A stretch of DNA of 64,000 nt from Raillietiella orientalis. Taxonomy: Eukaryota. This document shows positions 24,451 through 37,317 of the stretch, piece by piece (the first letter of the stretch is position 1; every line of letters starts with the position of its first letter). The DNA lies in assembly GCA_036172245.1 (NCBI GenBank), contig JAYWIR010000002.1:248001-312000 (forward strand), in the 5' to 3' direction. The position numbers and the translations under genes were made by a program. Under the pieces are notes generated by a model. The model had not been told where the DNA came from. It saw only the letters and a list, made by a program, of their open reading frames with translations, and did no database searches.

Positions 24451-25626
24451 CCGGACTCTGCAACGGAGGAAGCAAAGAGCGGCTGCGGAGACTGAAGCGT
24501 CTCCGGAAGAAGCCACGTGGAGGAAGCCGGAAAAGTCGATCGCGTGTCCTCCTTTCCGCTCCTGGCTGGGAAGATGCGGAAGATCCCGTGGAAGTGAAGG
24601 CCAATAGGTAGCAGCGGACTGGAGGGGGCGAAAAGGCCACTGCTGTCATGGGAGCCACAAGGAGTTTCCGATCACGTTCCCCGTCTGCGCGCGCGCACAC
24701 CTTGGGCTGCAGAGCATGCTGCCTCATGGCACCTCAGCAGCCTTTCTATCGGGAGTTTGGGTGCCCACTCCGACCGTCGAACCAGCCCTCCTTCCCTTGC
24801 CATCGCTCGGCACGGCTCCGGCACCCACGGACCCTGACCTCCTGGCGTCCGAGTGGAGGAAGCCGTTTCCGGCGTTGGTCCCCCCCCCCTCTCCTGACCG
24901 GGAGGTCGCGTCCCCTCCTCTTCTCCTCGTGCAGGTCTCAAGCCGCCGGCACCCTCCGAAGACGGCGAGCGAGCGAGGGAGCGGGGTGGCAGGCATCCTT
25001 GCTGGACCCCACGTGGCAGTCGGGCGTGGTCCGTGCCCTGCACTGCCTTCCCCACGGGATGATTCCTCGCATGGAGTTTGAATCGGGTCCGGAAATGCCG
25101 CGCCGTCACATAGGGGGAAGCACAGCAGCAGAAAGAGGTAGGAGGAGGTCCATGGCTCCTCGCAAGCCTGGGACCGTCAGCCTGGGGGGACCCGAAAAAC
25201 GGAAGAGTCTCCTCCTCCGTCCTCTCCCGGCTGCCTTTCCCTTTTTCTTCCTCCTGGAACCTCGAAGGTCTCGGGAGGAGAGGGAGAGAGAACAGGGATG
25301 GTCGGGAAAAGAGCCAGCTGGCAGTCCGAGAGTCATCTCTCTTTTTGGACGTGCTGCAGAATGCCTCCTGCTCTCCTCGACGACCAAGGGCGCGTGGGCC
25401 GTGACTGCGTCCCTCGGTGACACCAACAGTCCCTGGGCTCCTGCAGCAGCCGCAGAGCGATGGAGAGAGAGGGAGAGAATCCGGGCAAGCGAAGAGGCTG
25501 AGAACGCACCGAGGAGCTTCCGAGGAACTGCCACCTCGCACGCGCGCCGGCGTGGCACCACACGGCTGTTCCGTTCGCTTGTCCATGAGCATTCCTTTTT
25601 TTCTTTCCTTTCTTTCTCCGGGTCAC

Positions 25627-26555
25627 CTCCTGCCGTGGCGAGGAGGGAAGAGCAGGAACTCCAGAGAGAGAAGGCGCATCAAGGCGAGTCTCCTGCCTTG
25701 CTGACCACCCGCGCCTCCTTTCCGGGTTCCGAGGAGGCGGGTGGGGGTGGGGTCGGAAAACAGAGGGCGCTCCTGCGCTGCTACCGGAGAACGGAAGCTC
25801 CCGGGGCCCCCAGAAAGTCTTCCGGAAGGCAGAAACCGGCGTTTCGGGAACGGAGGCATCCGCTCGGCTTCAAGGGACTCTGATAGCCCCGGTCGGGCAG
25901 GTGAAGCGGCTCTCGACGTGCACTGTCCAATGGATGTCCCCGACAGGACCGAAGGATGACCGCGTGGCTTCGGGACGGCGTGTCATCCAGAGAGCGGCCT
26001 GTCGCCCCGGTCGCAGCACCGGAAAGCCGCTGCTTGCCGGATGTCCAGGAGCTCCCGGAACGCGATCTGCCGGCTGCCGCTCGCTCGCGGCTCTCTCCAG
26101 CAAGTGGGTCGCAGGGTAGGCAACCGTGCGCATGGGTTCCCAATGCGGATCAGAAGAACACGAGAAGGGTTTCGCGTTTGTCCGGTCGCGGATGCGGGAG
26201 GCCGTCCCGAGGCACCAGGAACAGGGAGCAGGAGGAGGCCGGCCAACTCGAGGGAACCAACTCGAGGCGGGAAGCGAACCCGATGCAGCGGGGCGAAGTG
26301 GTCGCCCACGGTGGGGAGGGCGCCACCTGCTCTCTCTCTCTTTCTCTCTCGCACGCATCCATCGGCAGGGGCGGAAGAGGAGGTGAGGATCCGGGGAGGG
26401 GGGAGAGGCAAACGCTAAGAAAAAGGTGCTCCCTCCTCTCTAGAGGCGTGCTCTCCGCTGCAGGGGTAGCTGTCCGCGAGATGCAGGGGATGGAGAGGTG
26501 CGTGGGGAAGAGGAAATTCCCAAGGAGCAGGCAGAGCACCTCAACGAAGCAGCGG
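25627..26555 (+). repeat. ~930-bp direct repeat, copy 1
   Basis: Collinear with 41979-42908 (offset ~16353) with only scattered substitutions; it yields near-identical spurious ORFs in the track (25870..26358 vs 42223..42711). Confidence 0.95.
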
Positions 26556-28101
26556 TGCTTCCGGGGATTGAGAGAGAACTGGTCAACACCGGGGTTGCTC
26601 CATCACCCAGCAGACCATTTGCCAGCTGATTGGTCTAGGATCTCTAATAGACTCCTGAAATGCTGAGATGGAATTTTATTGATGAATTTTTGTTGATGGG
26701 AGCTGGAGGGAAAGGGCATCAGCCGAGGACCAGGACGCGCCGCAAATGATGGAGATGGCCCTGGTCCGCGCGTGGCGTCAACGAGGGATCCAAACGTGGT
26801 GCTCCAAAAGGGGCAGGGGGCGTCCACAGTGGATGCCTTCTGCCCTTGGGAGTATCCATCGGCGGTGCTAGATATGGAACAGCAAAAGAAAAGGGGCGTC
26901 GAGGATGGGATCGCTGCTTCGCCTCCAGATGAGCGTCTTTGACAGCAAGAGAGCTCACCTTGGGATCTGTGCGGCCTTGGGATGCAGCAAATCTTAAGGA
27001 GCGAAGGGAATGTCACGTTCTCAAAAGTGGGGGAAGGAAGTGCTGTGCCCGAGCATTCTGTATTCCCGGGGTATGTATCGGACACATCGAATGGGTCACT
27101 TGCCGGGAATGCAAGAACCTCCGACACTTGCAGAACTGGTCCAAGAGAAGGGGCACGAAAAGAAGTTGGCCAAGTGTCTCTGTCTTCCTTTTTTTTTTTG
27201 CATCGCTGTGCGTGTCTGTGAATGATCAACAGAACCAAGATCCGTTCCCTTGAATCTTCTCAGACTCAGATGCAACCCTTGAAGCGAAGAAATTGGATGC
27301 AGGTGAAGTGCTGCCGCCAAGCTATCATGGAAGATCAGTGATGCATGCATAAATGTGTGCTGAAATTCATTCTGATAAGGGCAGGGAATGGCGCACAGAT
27401 GGAGCTCTACCGATGGACTACGCAGCTTTGGAGGAGTCCACTGCCCCTTGACACCAGAGAGTTTGGTTGGTATGGTGAACATCGGAGGCGAAGATCGGCA
27501 CTCGGCCATCCTAGACTCGACCGATCAGGATTCGCTCGGCAGACAGTGAGGCGCCAGACTCAGTAATCTGCTGGGAAAACACAGTGGCATCCTTTTATTC
27601 CGGTTTCCCTCGTGAGCTGACCGACTGCTGAAAAGCCCCATGACTCCTGTGCACCTGTCCACAGGCGCGCCCCCAGCTCGCTGGCGTGCGCCTTTAGGAG
27701 CTTCGTTTTCGCCCTCGCGCCCTCGCTGGAGACCAGGGTGTTCCCGCCGATTTGTTGCGTGATGGCAGAACGGCTTCGCTCTCCATCTCGCTGTTCAATG
27801 TTTGGGGTCCACGTGGTCGCTGCCCCAAGGGCCCAAGGAGGTGTCTTCAAAGACGAGACCAATTCACACAAGAAGTTTCCGTTACCGTGGATTCGCTCCC
27901 ATCAGGAAGACCGGAAACATCACCCAGCAGCAGAGGCAGAAGATCGGTGCCTCGCTGACGCTCCAAGCGCGGATCTGAATCTCTAAGCCCTCCTCTTTCC
28001 ATTTCCCTCATTCAAAGTGTTCTGATGGCTCATTTTGACCCGTGAAAGGAAGCGAAGAAGAAAAAGGCACTCGGCTTCACGGGTGTACGCCATACGCTTA
28101 C

Positions 28102-28343
28102 CTGCAGCAGAACCTGATGGAGATGTTTTGGGAGAGAAAGCTGACAAAATAACCATCAGGACATGAATTTCTGTAACGCAAATCCTTCATGTCTGTGCTC
28201 ACCTTCCCATTCACCACTTCGCTTTGCTGAGGACCACTAGAAGGTTTTGCTCCGAGGTCTGTCGACATCTCTTGACCAGAGTGCAACTCCTCGAGCTTTT
28301 TTGTTTTTCCAGCATCCTTCTCGTTGGTTTCTCTGCTCCCCAT
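28102..28343 (-). pseudogene. Spliced minus-strand exon pair (28343-28203, 28140-28102); probable gene relic
   Basis: CCACCATGG start context, AAG|GTGAGC donor, 62-nt intron ending ttttgtcag, 39-nt in-frame exon LSLPKHLHQVLLQ, then a CAG|GTAAGC donor. The next pyrimidine tract ends in cgg rather than cag. Confidence 0.35.
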
Positions 28344-30299
28344 GGTGGGATCTTCTGGACGTTTTGCTCAGAAGACTGCACCACCAACGGAACAGGAAGT
28401 AATGACTACGTCTGCGCTCTCCAGCTCCGCAAGTCCTGCATTCTCTTCCGCGCCCTCGTTTCCCGTTCTGGCCTCGGTTCTGCTGCATCATGACGCCTTT
28501 ATTAGTGCCCGGGAGTGTGCCCTTTCCTGAGCTTGCGTTCTGCAGCTGCGTGGTGCTTCATCTGCCGATCCAGTGCAACTGCCCAGCAGTCCCGACTTGT
28601 GCCTGTGGTCTCAAGCCTGCTGCTGTTGAGAGATCTCCAGTCATATGGATATTCAAAGCCGTGGATGGCATTTCTAAACTTGAGTTTACTTTTTTTTTTT
28701 TTTTTTTTACTGATTCGTGGATTTTACAAAATGGATGTAAAGGGTTGTTGAAGTGATGGGGCGCAGATAACTGAAACATGCAATGTTGAAACCAACAGAC
28801 ATATTAGAGGAGGGTGACAACACACTGTGGAGCGCGGATCAGTCGTGCCTCGATGGGAAGAATCCCTGAGGAATGACGGGGTTACCTACAAGACCACCCT
28901 CAGAGGGTGTAAAAGACCCTATTATCAGTCATCTCATATCTCTCCATTGCAGCAGCGCTACTTAGCGCACCTCGACGCTAGTTCCTGCACCAATCATCCT
29001 CTGCTAGGTGCGAGCTGTTATGATGGCCTGGGACGCGACAGAATCACTGCCTCCAGGACTGGTCGTCTCTCCCTGTCGTACTGCCAGCTGCGTGCGAGAG
29101 AAAGGAAGCGGCTGAAACCAGTGACCCCTTCTACAACCTCCATTCCTCTTCCTGTGCAAGCCCTTTTCCACCCAGGTGCAAGCCTCAAGGAGCACGTCGC
29201 TGCGAGAAGCCGATCCACGCTATTACTTATTTATTCCTTCGTTCGTCTGCTCTCCCTCTTCACTCTGCACTCCCTGCCCACTGTCGGGAGAACACATGGA
29301 TTCGCACGGTGTGACACACGCACGAAAAGACACACATACACGTAGCGAGGCAGGGGAGAGCAGCGAAGAGGAAGTGTTGCTAGGAGACGCGTACACCCGC
29401 GCTGACAATCGCGCCTGCGCGGCCATCGTGGAAAGCGGAGCACTCCCAATCGCCTGCCACTCTGGAAGACCCAGTTCGTATTTGTTTTCCTCCATGAAGC
29501 GTGGTGATGAGGCACCAGTAATTGTGGCAGAAGAGTCCTCGAGGATATTCTCGGAAAGGCGAGAGCTGCGAGTCATCTGCCTCCTTGCGCACTCCCGAGA
29601 CTGCGGCAGGTTCCACGTCAACGCATTCTCGGATGGTGGCAGTGCTCTTGAGAGCCCCTTCTCTCTAGAAGAGGATGAATTGAGAGCCGTGCTTCTGTTC
29701 ATCGGGATTCCTTGAGAGGACTCTTGCTGCGAACCGCCGGATCTGTCGAGGGCTCCTGCGGAGAACGCGGCCAAGATTCAGCATTCTCCTGGCCCCTGTG
29801 GCTGAATGGGCTTGGTCCAGGTGCCGGGTAGAAAATCCTTTTAGTCCTCTGCCTCGACGCCCGGGATCCCCGCAACCACGAGATTGATGGGGGGTCCTGG
29901 AATCCTCCTCCTCCCGCTGCTGCGCGGGGAAGACAACCGTCCGACGACGCGCGCTTCTTTCGGGATTTTCTGCTGGGCATGAGGGCGTTCTCCTGCCGAA
30001 GGCCGGCCGTGGGTTTGGCGGCTTTCGGGGCCCTGGAAGAGCCGTCTCCTTCCCCTCCTGCATTCCGCGCTGAAAGGGCGGCGCGCCTCCCCGATCGGGC
30101 AGGCGGCTTCTCCTCGCCATGGAAACGCGCGCGTACCTGTTCATTCGGACGCGGCCCGGACGTCTCAGAAGGCTAACGAGCGGACAAAAGCGCGAACAAA
30201 AAAAGGGAGGGAAAGGGAGGGCGGGGGAGGGAAGAAGAAGGGCTTTCGGGAGTTTATCCCCCTGAAGAGACCTAATTGTTCGGGAAGATTTACTTTTCC

Positions 30300-32300
30300 T
30301 GCTTTCCGCATCTCCCCGCTGGCCGCGCGTCGGTCTCCGCGAGGCTGCGGGGAGGGGAATTGGCGCGCGCGTCGCATCGGAGATGACCCGCCGGAGAAAA
30401 CCTGCTGTTGGTCCGGACGCCGGTTTCTGGAGGCGGTGAGGTGGGGGAAGGGGCTCGAGAGAGAAGGGAGCAGCCCGCGCGCGCGCCTCCCGTCGAAGGA
30501 GGGCGTGCGGAGCCGTGGCGGCGTGTCGCTGAGCAGCCGCGTGCGCGCTTTTCTCAGATCTTCGTGCCCTTGGCACCTGGCTGGGGACATTTCCGCTCCC
30601 TCCCTTTCACCCCTTCCCTTCCCAACGCTACTCTCCCTTTCTTTCCGGCTTCGAGGTGAATTCGCTGTCACCGGGGAAACGGGTGGCGACAGATGGGACC
30701 GACCGACGCGCGCGCGCGCTCGCTTCCCTACCCTCTGAGCGGAGCTCCGGCGAGTCCCTGGGCACGGAGTCCCGAGCTCCAAATCCCGTGGTCTTCTAGA
30801 CTCGTCCGGGTCCCTACCCTCCTCCCCTCGTATTCCGGGACGGCGAGTCTTCTCTGAGTCCGTGGCAACCGGGAGTCCAGTGGAAGGCCAGCAGGAGGAG
30901 GGGAGCAGGAAAAGGGACGTCTGGAAAAGGAAGCAGCCATGCGGGAAAGGTCATTTGTGGTCAGCAGGGGGTCATGGGTAGGGTCTCTGATCGAGGGAGA
31001 GGACCCCGGGCGTAGTCTGAGTCGCAGGGTTAGCGAAGGAGTCGCGCGGCGGGGGGATGAGAGGGAGGGACGGCCTCACAAGTGCGCACGCGCCGGCGCG
31101 CGCGCGCAAGATGGGGGTGGAGGAGGAGTGAAGAAGGGGGCGCGAGTGAGCAAGGCCGTATGTCGCCAGGCATGCCGGGCGCGGACGTCCGCGGAAAGGG
31201 CGAGTCACCCCCTCCCAGTCGGTCAGAGAGGGGGGGGGAAACATCGCCGCAACAGAGGGATGCGGGAAGGGGGAAGAGGGGGGGAGCGGAAAAAGGGAGG
31301 GAAGGCGGGGCGCTCCCAGGGCCCATTCGCCCGTCCTTCCTCCCCCGCTCTCTTCCCTCGCTCATTGTCGCGAGGCGGCGGCTTCCCTCCCCCTGCCCCT
31401 CCCTCCACCCCTCCGGCGTGCGAGACGCTCGTCACGCGGCGGGGGTCGTCTCGAAGACGAATGGGGCGGCCTGCCCCGAGGGGGACTGAGAAAGGCGACC
31501 GGCGAGGAGGAGGAGGCGCGCGCTGCTCCTCGGAGAAGCGCTCCAGGATCGCGCTTCTCCGGGAGGGGGAGGGGAGGGAGAGAAAAGGTAAGGAGGGGAG
31601 ACCGACGCGCGGGATCGCCGCTGGAACGGAACCGTTCGGATCGGACCGGTGGCGTCAGGCGGAGGATTGGAGATGGCGTGCTCTTCTCCGGTAGCGCTTC
31701 TCCGCGGGTGGAAAAGACTCGCCGCGGGACGAGGAGGAGGACGAAGGGGTGAGGGCAGCATCAGCGCCATCTCCTCCCTTCCTGTCTCCCCCTTCCCCAA
31801 GGCAGTGCGCGATGGAGGGACCGGCTCGAGTGCTCGTGCGCGGGGGGACTTACGGAGTCTCCAAGTTCGCCTCTGGGCAGTCCCCACTATCCCCAAGCGC
31901 GGTCTCCTCGTTGCACGCTCCCTATGAGAGGGGAGGGAAAGGAAGTTTCTGGAGAAGCAGATGGGGCTTCCTCCGGATGATGCTGACGCGATCTGCCCTC
32001 GAGGCATGGGAGGACAGAATGCGCCAGAGATGACCGCCTCTGGAACCGCTTCCTTCGCTTGTTTCCATCCATTTTCGTCCTGGCCCGCGGGTAGCGAGGT
32101 GGCTGCCTGGGAACCAGGAGGATGAGAAGGGGGAGAAGGCACGTTGCGTCCGCCTCCGGAAGCCGAGGATCGCGCGCCGACGGGGGTCCGAGGGAGTCTC
32201 GAGGGAGAGTCAGGGAAACCCGATCGGAAAAGGGAAGAAAGAACTTTTGGGAACGTCCCTGAGATGGCGCGCGCTCGTGCCTTGCCGGCGAAGCCCGAGG
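30300..32300. promoter_or_regulatory. CpG-island-like region with candidate non-coding first exon ending at 31587 (+)
   Basis: Very CpG-dense, with GA-rich tracts and a consensus donor AAG|GTAAGG at 31587/31588. Confidence 0.4.
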
Positions 32301-35300
32301 ACACCAGTCAGGAGGACGCGCGTCCATCTCCCATCCTCAACAGGATCTGGAAGACCGGCTACTCCGGAAGGGGACTCTGGCGATCCGATCGGGAAGGAAC
32401 TACCCCCTACGGCCCCATCCGGATTAACGTTAATGCGGGAAGAAAGGGACGGGGGGAAGCGAGGGAGTGGGAGGGAAGTGCGGACAGGGATTAAGGGTGA
32501 GCCGAGGGGGAAGAGGAGGGCTGAGCTCTACGCTCCGACAGGACGCCTCTGGTCTGTTGGCGCGCTGATGGGCGGCTGTCGCCAGCAGCGGACCCGGCGT
32601 ACCAACTCCATTCGTGTGCGCAGCCATCGCGGATTGCTGAAAAGGTGGAGGTGAGAGACGGGACGAAGGAGGTGGGGTGGGGAGTGGGAGGATGGGAAGG
32701 GTGAGATCTCGTTCCCGTCTCCGCTCTCTAGGATCTTCTCCCGTAGTGCCTTTGATGCCACCGAACCCGTGTCAGCGGTGTTCTTCCCCTCCTCCTCCCG
32801 CCTTCCTCCTTCCGCGCCTCCTTCTGTTCTTCCTCTTCGAGGGCGGAGCTCGCAGGGCTCGCAGGGGACCTCGCGTCGATGCTTTAATTGCACCCCGGCC
32901 CGCTAGAGTTTACCCAAGATGCTCACATCTCGAAGAACCAGATGGAGGGAGGAGAGCAGGGTGAAGGAGTCGGGAGGGAAGGGACCAATGAGCGAGCAGG
33001 ACCTTCCGAAGTCATTCCCGCGCACGAGGAAGGTGCTAGCGGAGGCGGGATCCCCGCGAAGATGGCCCAACGACCCTACACGCGGGATTCACGGGGCAAT
33101 GGGGAAAAGTCCTTCAGGATTCCTCCTGGAGGAAAAGGGAGGGGGAAATCCGGGTCTCTGCTGCAAGGGAAGGGGCAGGAGAAGAATGATGAGAGATTTT
33201 TTCCTCCGTCTTCCTCCTTCGAGAGAGAAAGGGGTGAAGTCGCTGGGAGGATCTCCCACGCGAGCTTCAGTCCGTTCCTGAGGGCCGTTGGTGCGCTTTT
33301 CTTTGCTTTAAGGGCCGGCCATCCAGTACCGCTCCCAAGCGACGCACCCAACCTGCATATGACCATCGAGGGAGGAAGGGCGAGGGAGAAAGGTCTCCTC
33401 TTCCTCCTCCGAAGGCGGACCACTTTCCCTCGACCGACGGCGCGCGCGATGGCCTCGTAACCCAGCGCACTTCTGATCCACAAACAGAGCTCCAGGACCT
33501 TCCTCAGCTGGGCCCTCCGGCAGGCCGAACTCATCCCCATGACTTCCCGCGTCGGAGGAGTCTTCAGGAGAGTTGTTGGCGAGCTGCTAGGAGACGGTTA
33601 GACGCCGAATCCACCCGAGCTCAGAGTCCCGGATGACTCCAAAGCTTTCCTGAGCCTTGACAAAGAAGACCGCCCCTCTGTTCAGGAAACGAGGACGCAA
33701 TTATCTCCAGGAAGGCTTTTGGAACCTGAAGAACAGGAGGCGTGCGACTTGCCTTTCCTCCGTATCCTGCCTCTTAGGAGCGACAATATTGCTGCCGTCC
33801 AGGAGGGCCGACCGCATGGTCCGCACGTTCCGTTTTGGCGAGAAGTGGCAACCCTGATACCAGGCATAATAGCAGCACGAGGCCGCAGCGGAAAGAGGGC
33901 GGCACGGCTGAGGGCCTCCTGATGACCTCCTTGCTGAGGAATATGACGAGATGGCTCCTCCTGGGACACTTACAGGGCCAGTGTCCTTCAGAGGAAACTG
34001 CTAGGAGTGCCAGTGACTCCTCCTTCATGTCTCCCACGCATGGTGACATGCATTGTTCTTGTATTTTTGCCTTCTCTTCCCTCCTGTTCCTCTGGGCGGC
34101 CTGCCAGCTGATCCCCCAGGTATTCTTAGACTTTCATCCGGACTGAAGTCCCACTTCACTACTTTGGTTCAGGGATTCTTTCCTGCTAAGTACATTGCAA
34201 TGAAGTCCCCGGGTTAACCAAGCGTCAACAGCCGTCCTTCATTGTTTTTCTTCCTTACCCGCACAGAAACCACAGAGAAACCAAGAGAGACAGCACAAAC
34301 CAAGAGATGCGGCGAATGTGAAATGCACTACATCGGTTATTCCATCTACCACTTGCAGAGTCAGTCCACTTGTTCTTGTGGAGTTGAGGACAGCTGACAT
34401 CGATCCTTCCAGCATCTTGCAACGGAGACACACGAGACAAGAGCGTTCTCGGTGGAGTCTGCCAGATGGCTGCGAGCGTTTCTCAGGAAACCGGTCTGCG
34501 ACTGATGGAACGCTGCAGATTTGTTGACCGCCTGTCTTTTCTAGACCTTTCCGAGCTTACCTAACCCAACTCCGGAACGAGTGCCCCACGGAAAGGCGAA
34601 GGATTCCTTTGACTGTTGGTCGCGTGTCTCCGCTTCAGGTTCATGAGAGTCTTGGGCGAGGACACGCCAGGAATGGTGCAGGACGAAGGACGCATGCCTT
34701 GGTGAGGTTCCTGGTCGGTAAGGATCCGCTCAGTGTCCGTCCCTAGAAGAGACTCTGCTCCACCACCTCGCCGGCACGGAACGAGTTTCCCTTGCAGCGG
34801 CTTGGGAGGGCGCCGCGCTCGTCTCGTCGCGCGAAAAGCACGGCACGCTTCTCGAACAACGCAGGCTTCGATGCCAGATGCCCCAGCAGGCCACGAATGG
34901 TTCCCCATGAGCTCGCCTTTCCCAAGCCGCCTGCCCCCTCCCCGATCTCGACACTTCGGTCCCTCCTTCCTCGCTTCCGCGCTCGCGGGAAGGAGCTGCA
35001 AAGCACCACGGAGTGGAGAGAGGAAGCAGATCGTCGCACTCACAGGAGACTTCCCTCCTTGAAAAGGCAGTATCAGGAGGCAGGTAGCTCCGCGGTTCCT
35101 CTTCATCTGGAAAGAAAGACGCCTCCATTCTTGGCATGCTATATTTGCCATGGCTCCATGTTCCGAAATGACTCGATGGTTCCTTCTTGTTCGTGCATTG
35201 GTCAAGAACCTTCCGGCTGCTCGAAGTGCTCCTGTGCCAAGCGCAGAATGTTTGCTCCATTTCCTCTGTTTACTCAGAAGATTCCCCACTACTCTATCCC

Positions 35301-36659
35301 TTTATCTAATCCCAGGGGCGGACTCGAAACTCCACGGAAGAATAGACTCATTGGCTCAGCTTTTCCCGCCCTCCTTACACTCCCACGCTCACCCGACTCC
35401 TGAGCAGTGGTCTAACAGGTGGGGGGTGAACGTGGGTGGGGGTGGAGTACGCTAAGTGGTCTCTAGACTGCCCGCGAGCACCCTCATTCTCCAGTCGCCT
35501 CCCTGTCGGATTCGATTCGGTTTCGTTCCGTCCAATCTGGATGACCTTCCGCGTGCTGGTTGCGAGCCACAGGGCAGCATTGCTCGCTGCGAACGCAGCG
35601 TCGGAAAGAGCGGTGCTCGGCAGCCGTGGAAGGGTTTCCTCCGCCTCGGCTGGGAAGAAGCGGAAGCGCGAACCTTGCCCATCCTCCGCTGAGAAGACTC
35701 TCCAGCTGTTTCCAAGTCACGAGCTTGGAGGACGCAACTCGACACGCCCCTTGTCCGGGGTAGCCCCGGGGAATCCGAGGACGAAGAGCTCCCGCTTTTT
35801 CCTCCGGTGCATGGAACGCATCAGCAGCATCCCTCTTCATCTCGAACTGGGAAGCGATCAGCTTCTGGACTCATCTTGAGTTTATCGCCCTTTTTCACGC
35901 TTGGAAGAGCCTCCCACGATTGCTCTGGCGCGGATGAGACATCAGTCTCTTTTCGCGCTCAGCTCCCTCGCTCGAAGGCGGCTTCCTTTCCACCGGGGAG
36001 GAGGAAGAGGGGGAAGGGGAAGGGTGAAAAGCAAGAAAAGGAAAAGCGCGGAGATGGACCAGTGGATCGAGAACTCTCGATGGCACCTGAGAAGTCTTAC
36101 AGCAGCTGCAAGAGAGCGATTCTCAAGCATCCTCGGCCTGGGAGATTTCCCGCCTTGGCTCCCCTCCTCTCACTGGAATGAGCTGCTGCGAGGCTCCAAC
36201 CGTCTTCACCAAACTGCTCGTGCCCGCCTTCGAAGGTGTCCACCGCACTCAAACCGAGAACGAGTCCCGGTCTTTCCTCAAGGTAGTGCCTCTATGCTGG
36301 GATTCCATCGCAGGATGCGATCGGAACCCCGGATGCCAAGACACTGCAACAACTTGCGGATCTGCCGCCATTCTCGGATAGGGGACCATAATGTTCCGAT
36401 TGCAAGAAACGTGGTTAGGGGGAGGAGGTCTCTAAACCGATGTCCGGAGGCCATCGGTGGTGGAAAACGAGATCACCTTCGAGTAGCGACTCCTCCTCAA
36501 CCGAACGCTCTACAACTTCGCCGGCTGTGGAAAATCCCCTTACCGGGGAGCATCTGCCTTTCCAGGTGAGGGAGCTCCTTACTCTCACTTTCATTCCCTT
36601 GTTCCTGCCGACCACACAAACTCGTCTCTGAGCCCTGAATGTGACCCGGAAGGGAGCGC

Positions 36660-37317
36660 ACCCTCGTTGGTGGCCGCGTGGCGCCAAGTGTCGCGGGTTC
36701 GAATCCTTCCCGGGAAAGGGCCGATGCCGAGAAACGAGAGAAGGGCATAGTGGCTTTCGAGTCTCCTCACAGGACGACGCTGGTTGGCCTATTCGGATGC
36801 GGCACTCTTGGGATCAGCTGGAAACCGGATGCCCCCGTCGACTGACCAGGACTGGAAGTCTTCTTAGAAATCAAGGAACCCTTCGGGATTCCCATCTAGC
36901 GGTAAAAGCGAACCCGCCCCTCCCCTCAGGGGGGAACCTCTCCATCGCGTAACTTGGAGCTGGTTGATGCCTCTCCAGAGTGTCAGAAGCATGCGGCTCC
37001 CTTCGGGGAGCTGCCTTTCAGAGACATTGGGAAGCGTCTCTTCGGGGTTCTCAGAGGAGCGCCAACAACAAGGACAGGATCTCCTGCGGGTTTCCTCCGG
37101 AGAAGAAATAGAAGCAGAAGTCCCCACCGAGGGTCTCAGAGAGAATAATGGGGTGGTTCCCTTCGGGGTTCCCCTACTAAGCGTAAGAGGAACGACCTTC
37201 CTTTGGAGCCTTCCTGGATTCACAGGGTTGTCCTTAGGGAGTTACCCCCTATAACTTGTAGAGTGACGCGCACCTTCGGGTGGCGTAAAGCAGCGTTCAA
37301 GAGCGTTCAGTTCCTCT
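36660..37317 (+). mobile_element. tRNA-derived SINE-like element, copy A
   Basis: A-box-like TGGCCGCGTGG and perfect B box GGTTCGAATCC (36696-36706), followed by a ~600-nt body homologous to 40151-40863 (-), 49020-49385 (-) and 62707-63405 (+). Confidence 0.75.

Noticed and set aside
36670-36715. tRNA gene
   Set aside because: The B box is present but there is no full cloverleaf, the head is internally deleted, and it is fused to a repeated body, so it is a SINE head.
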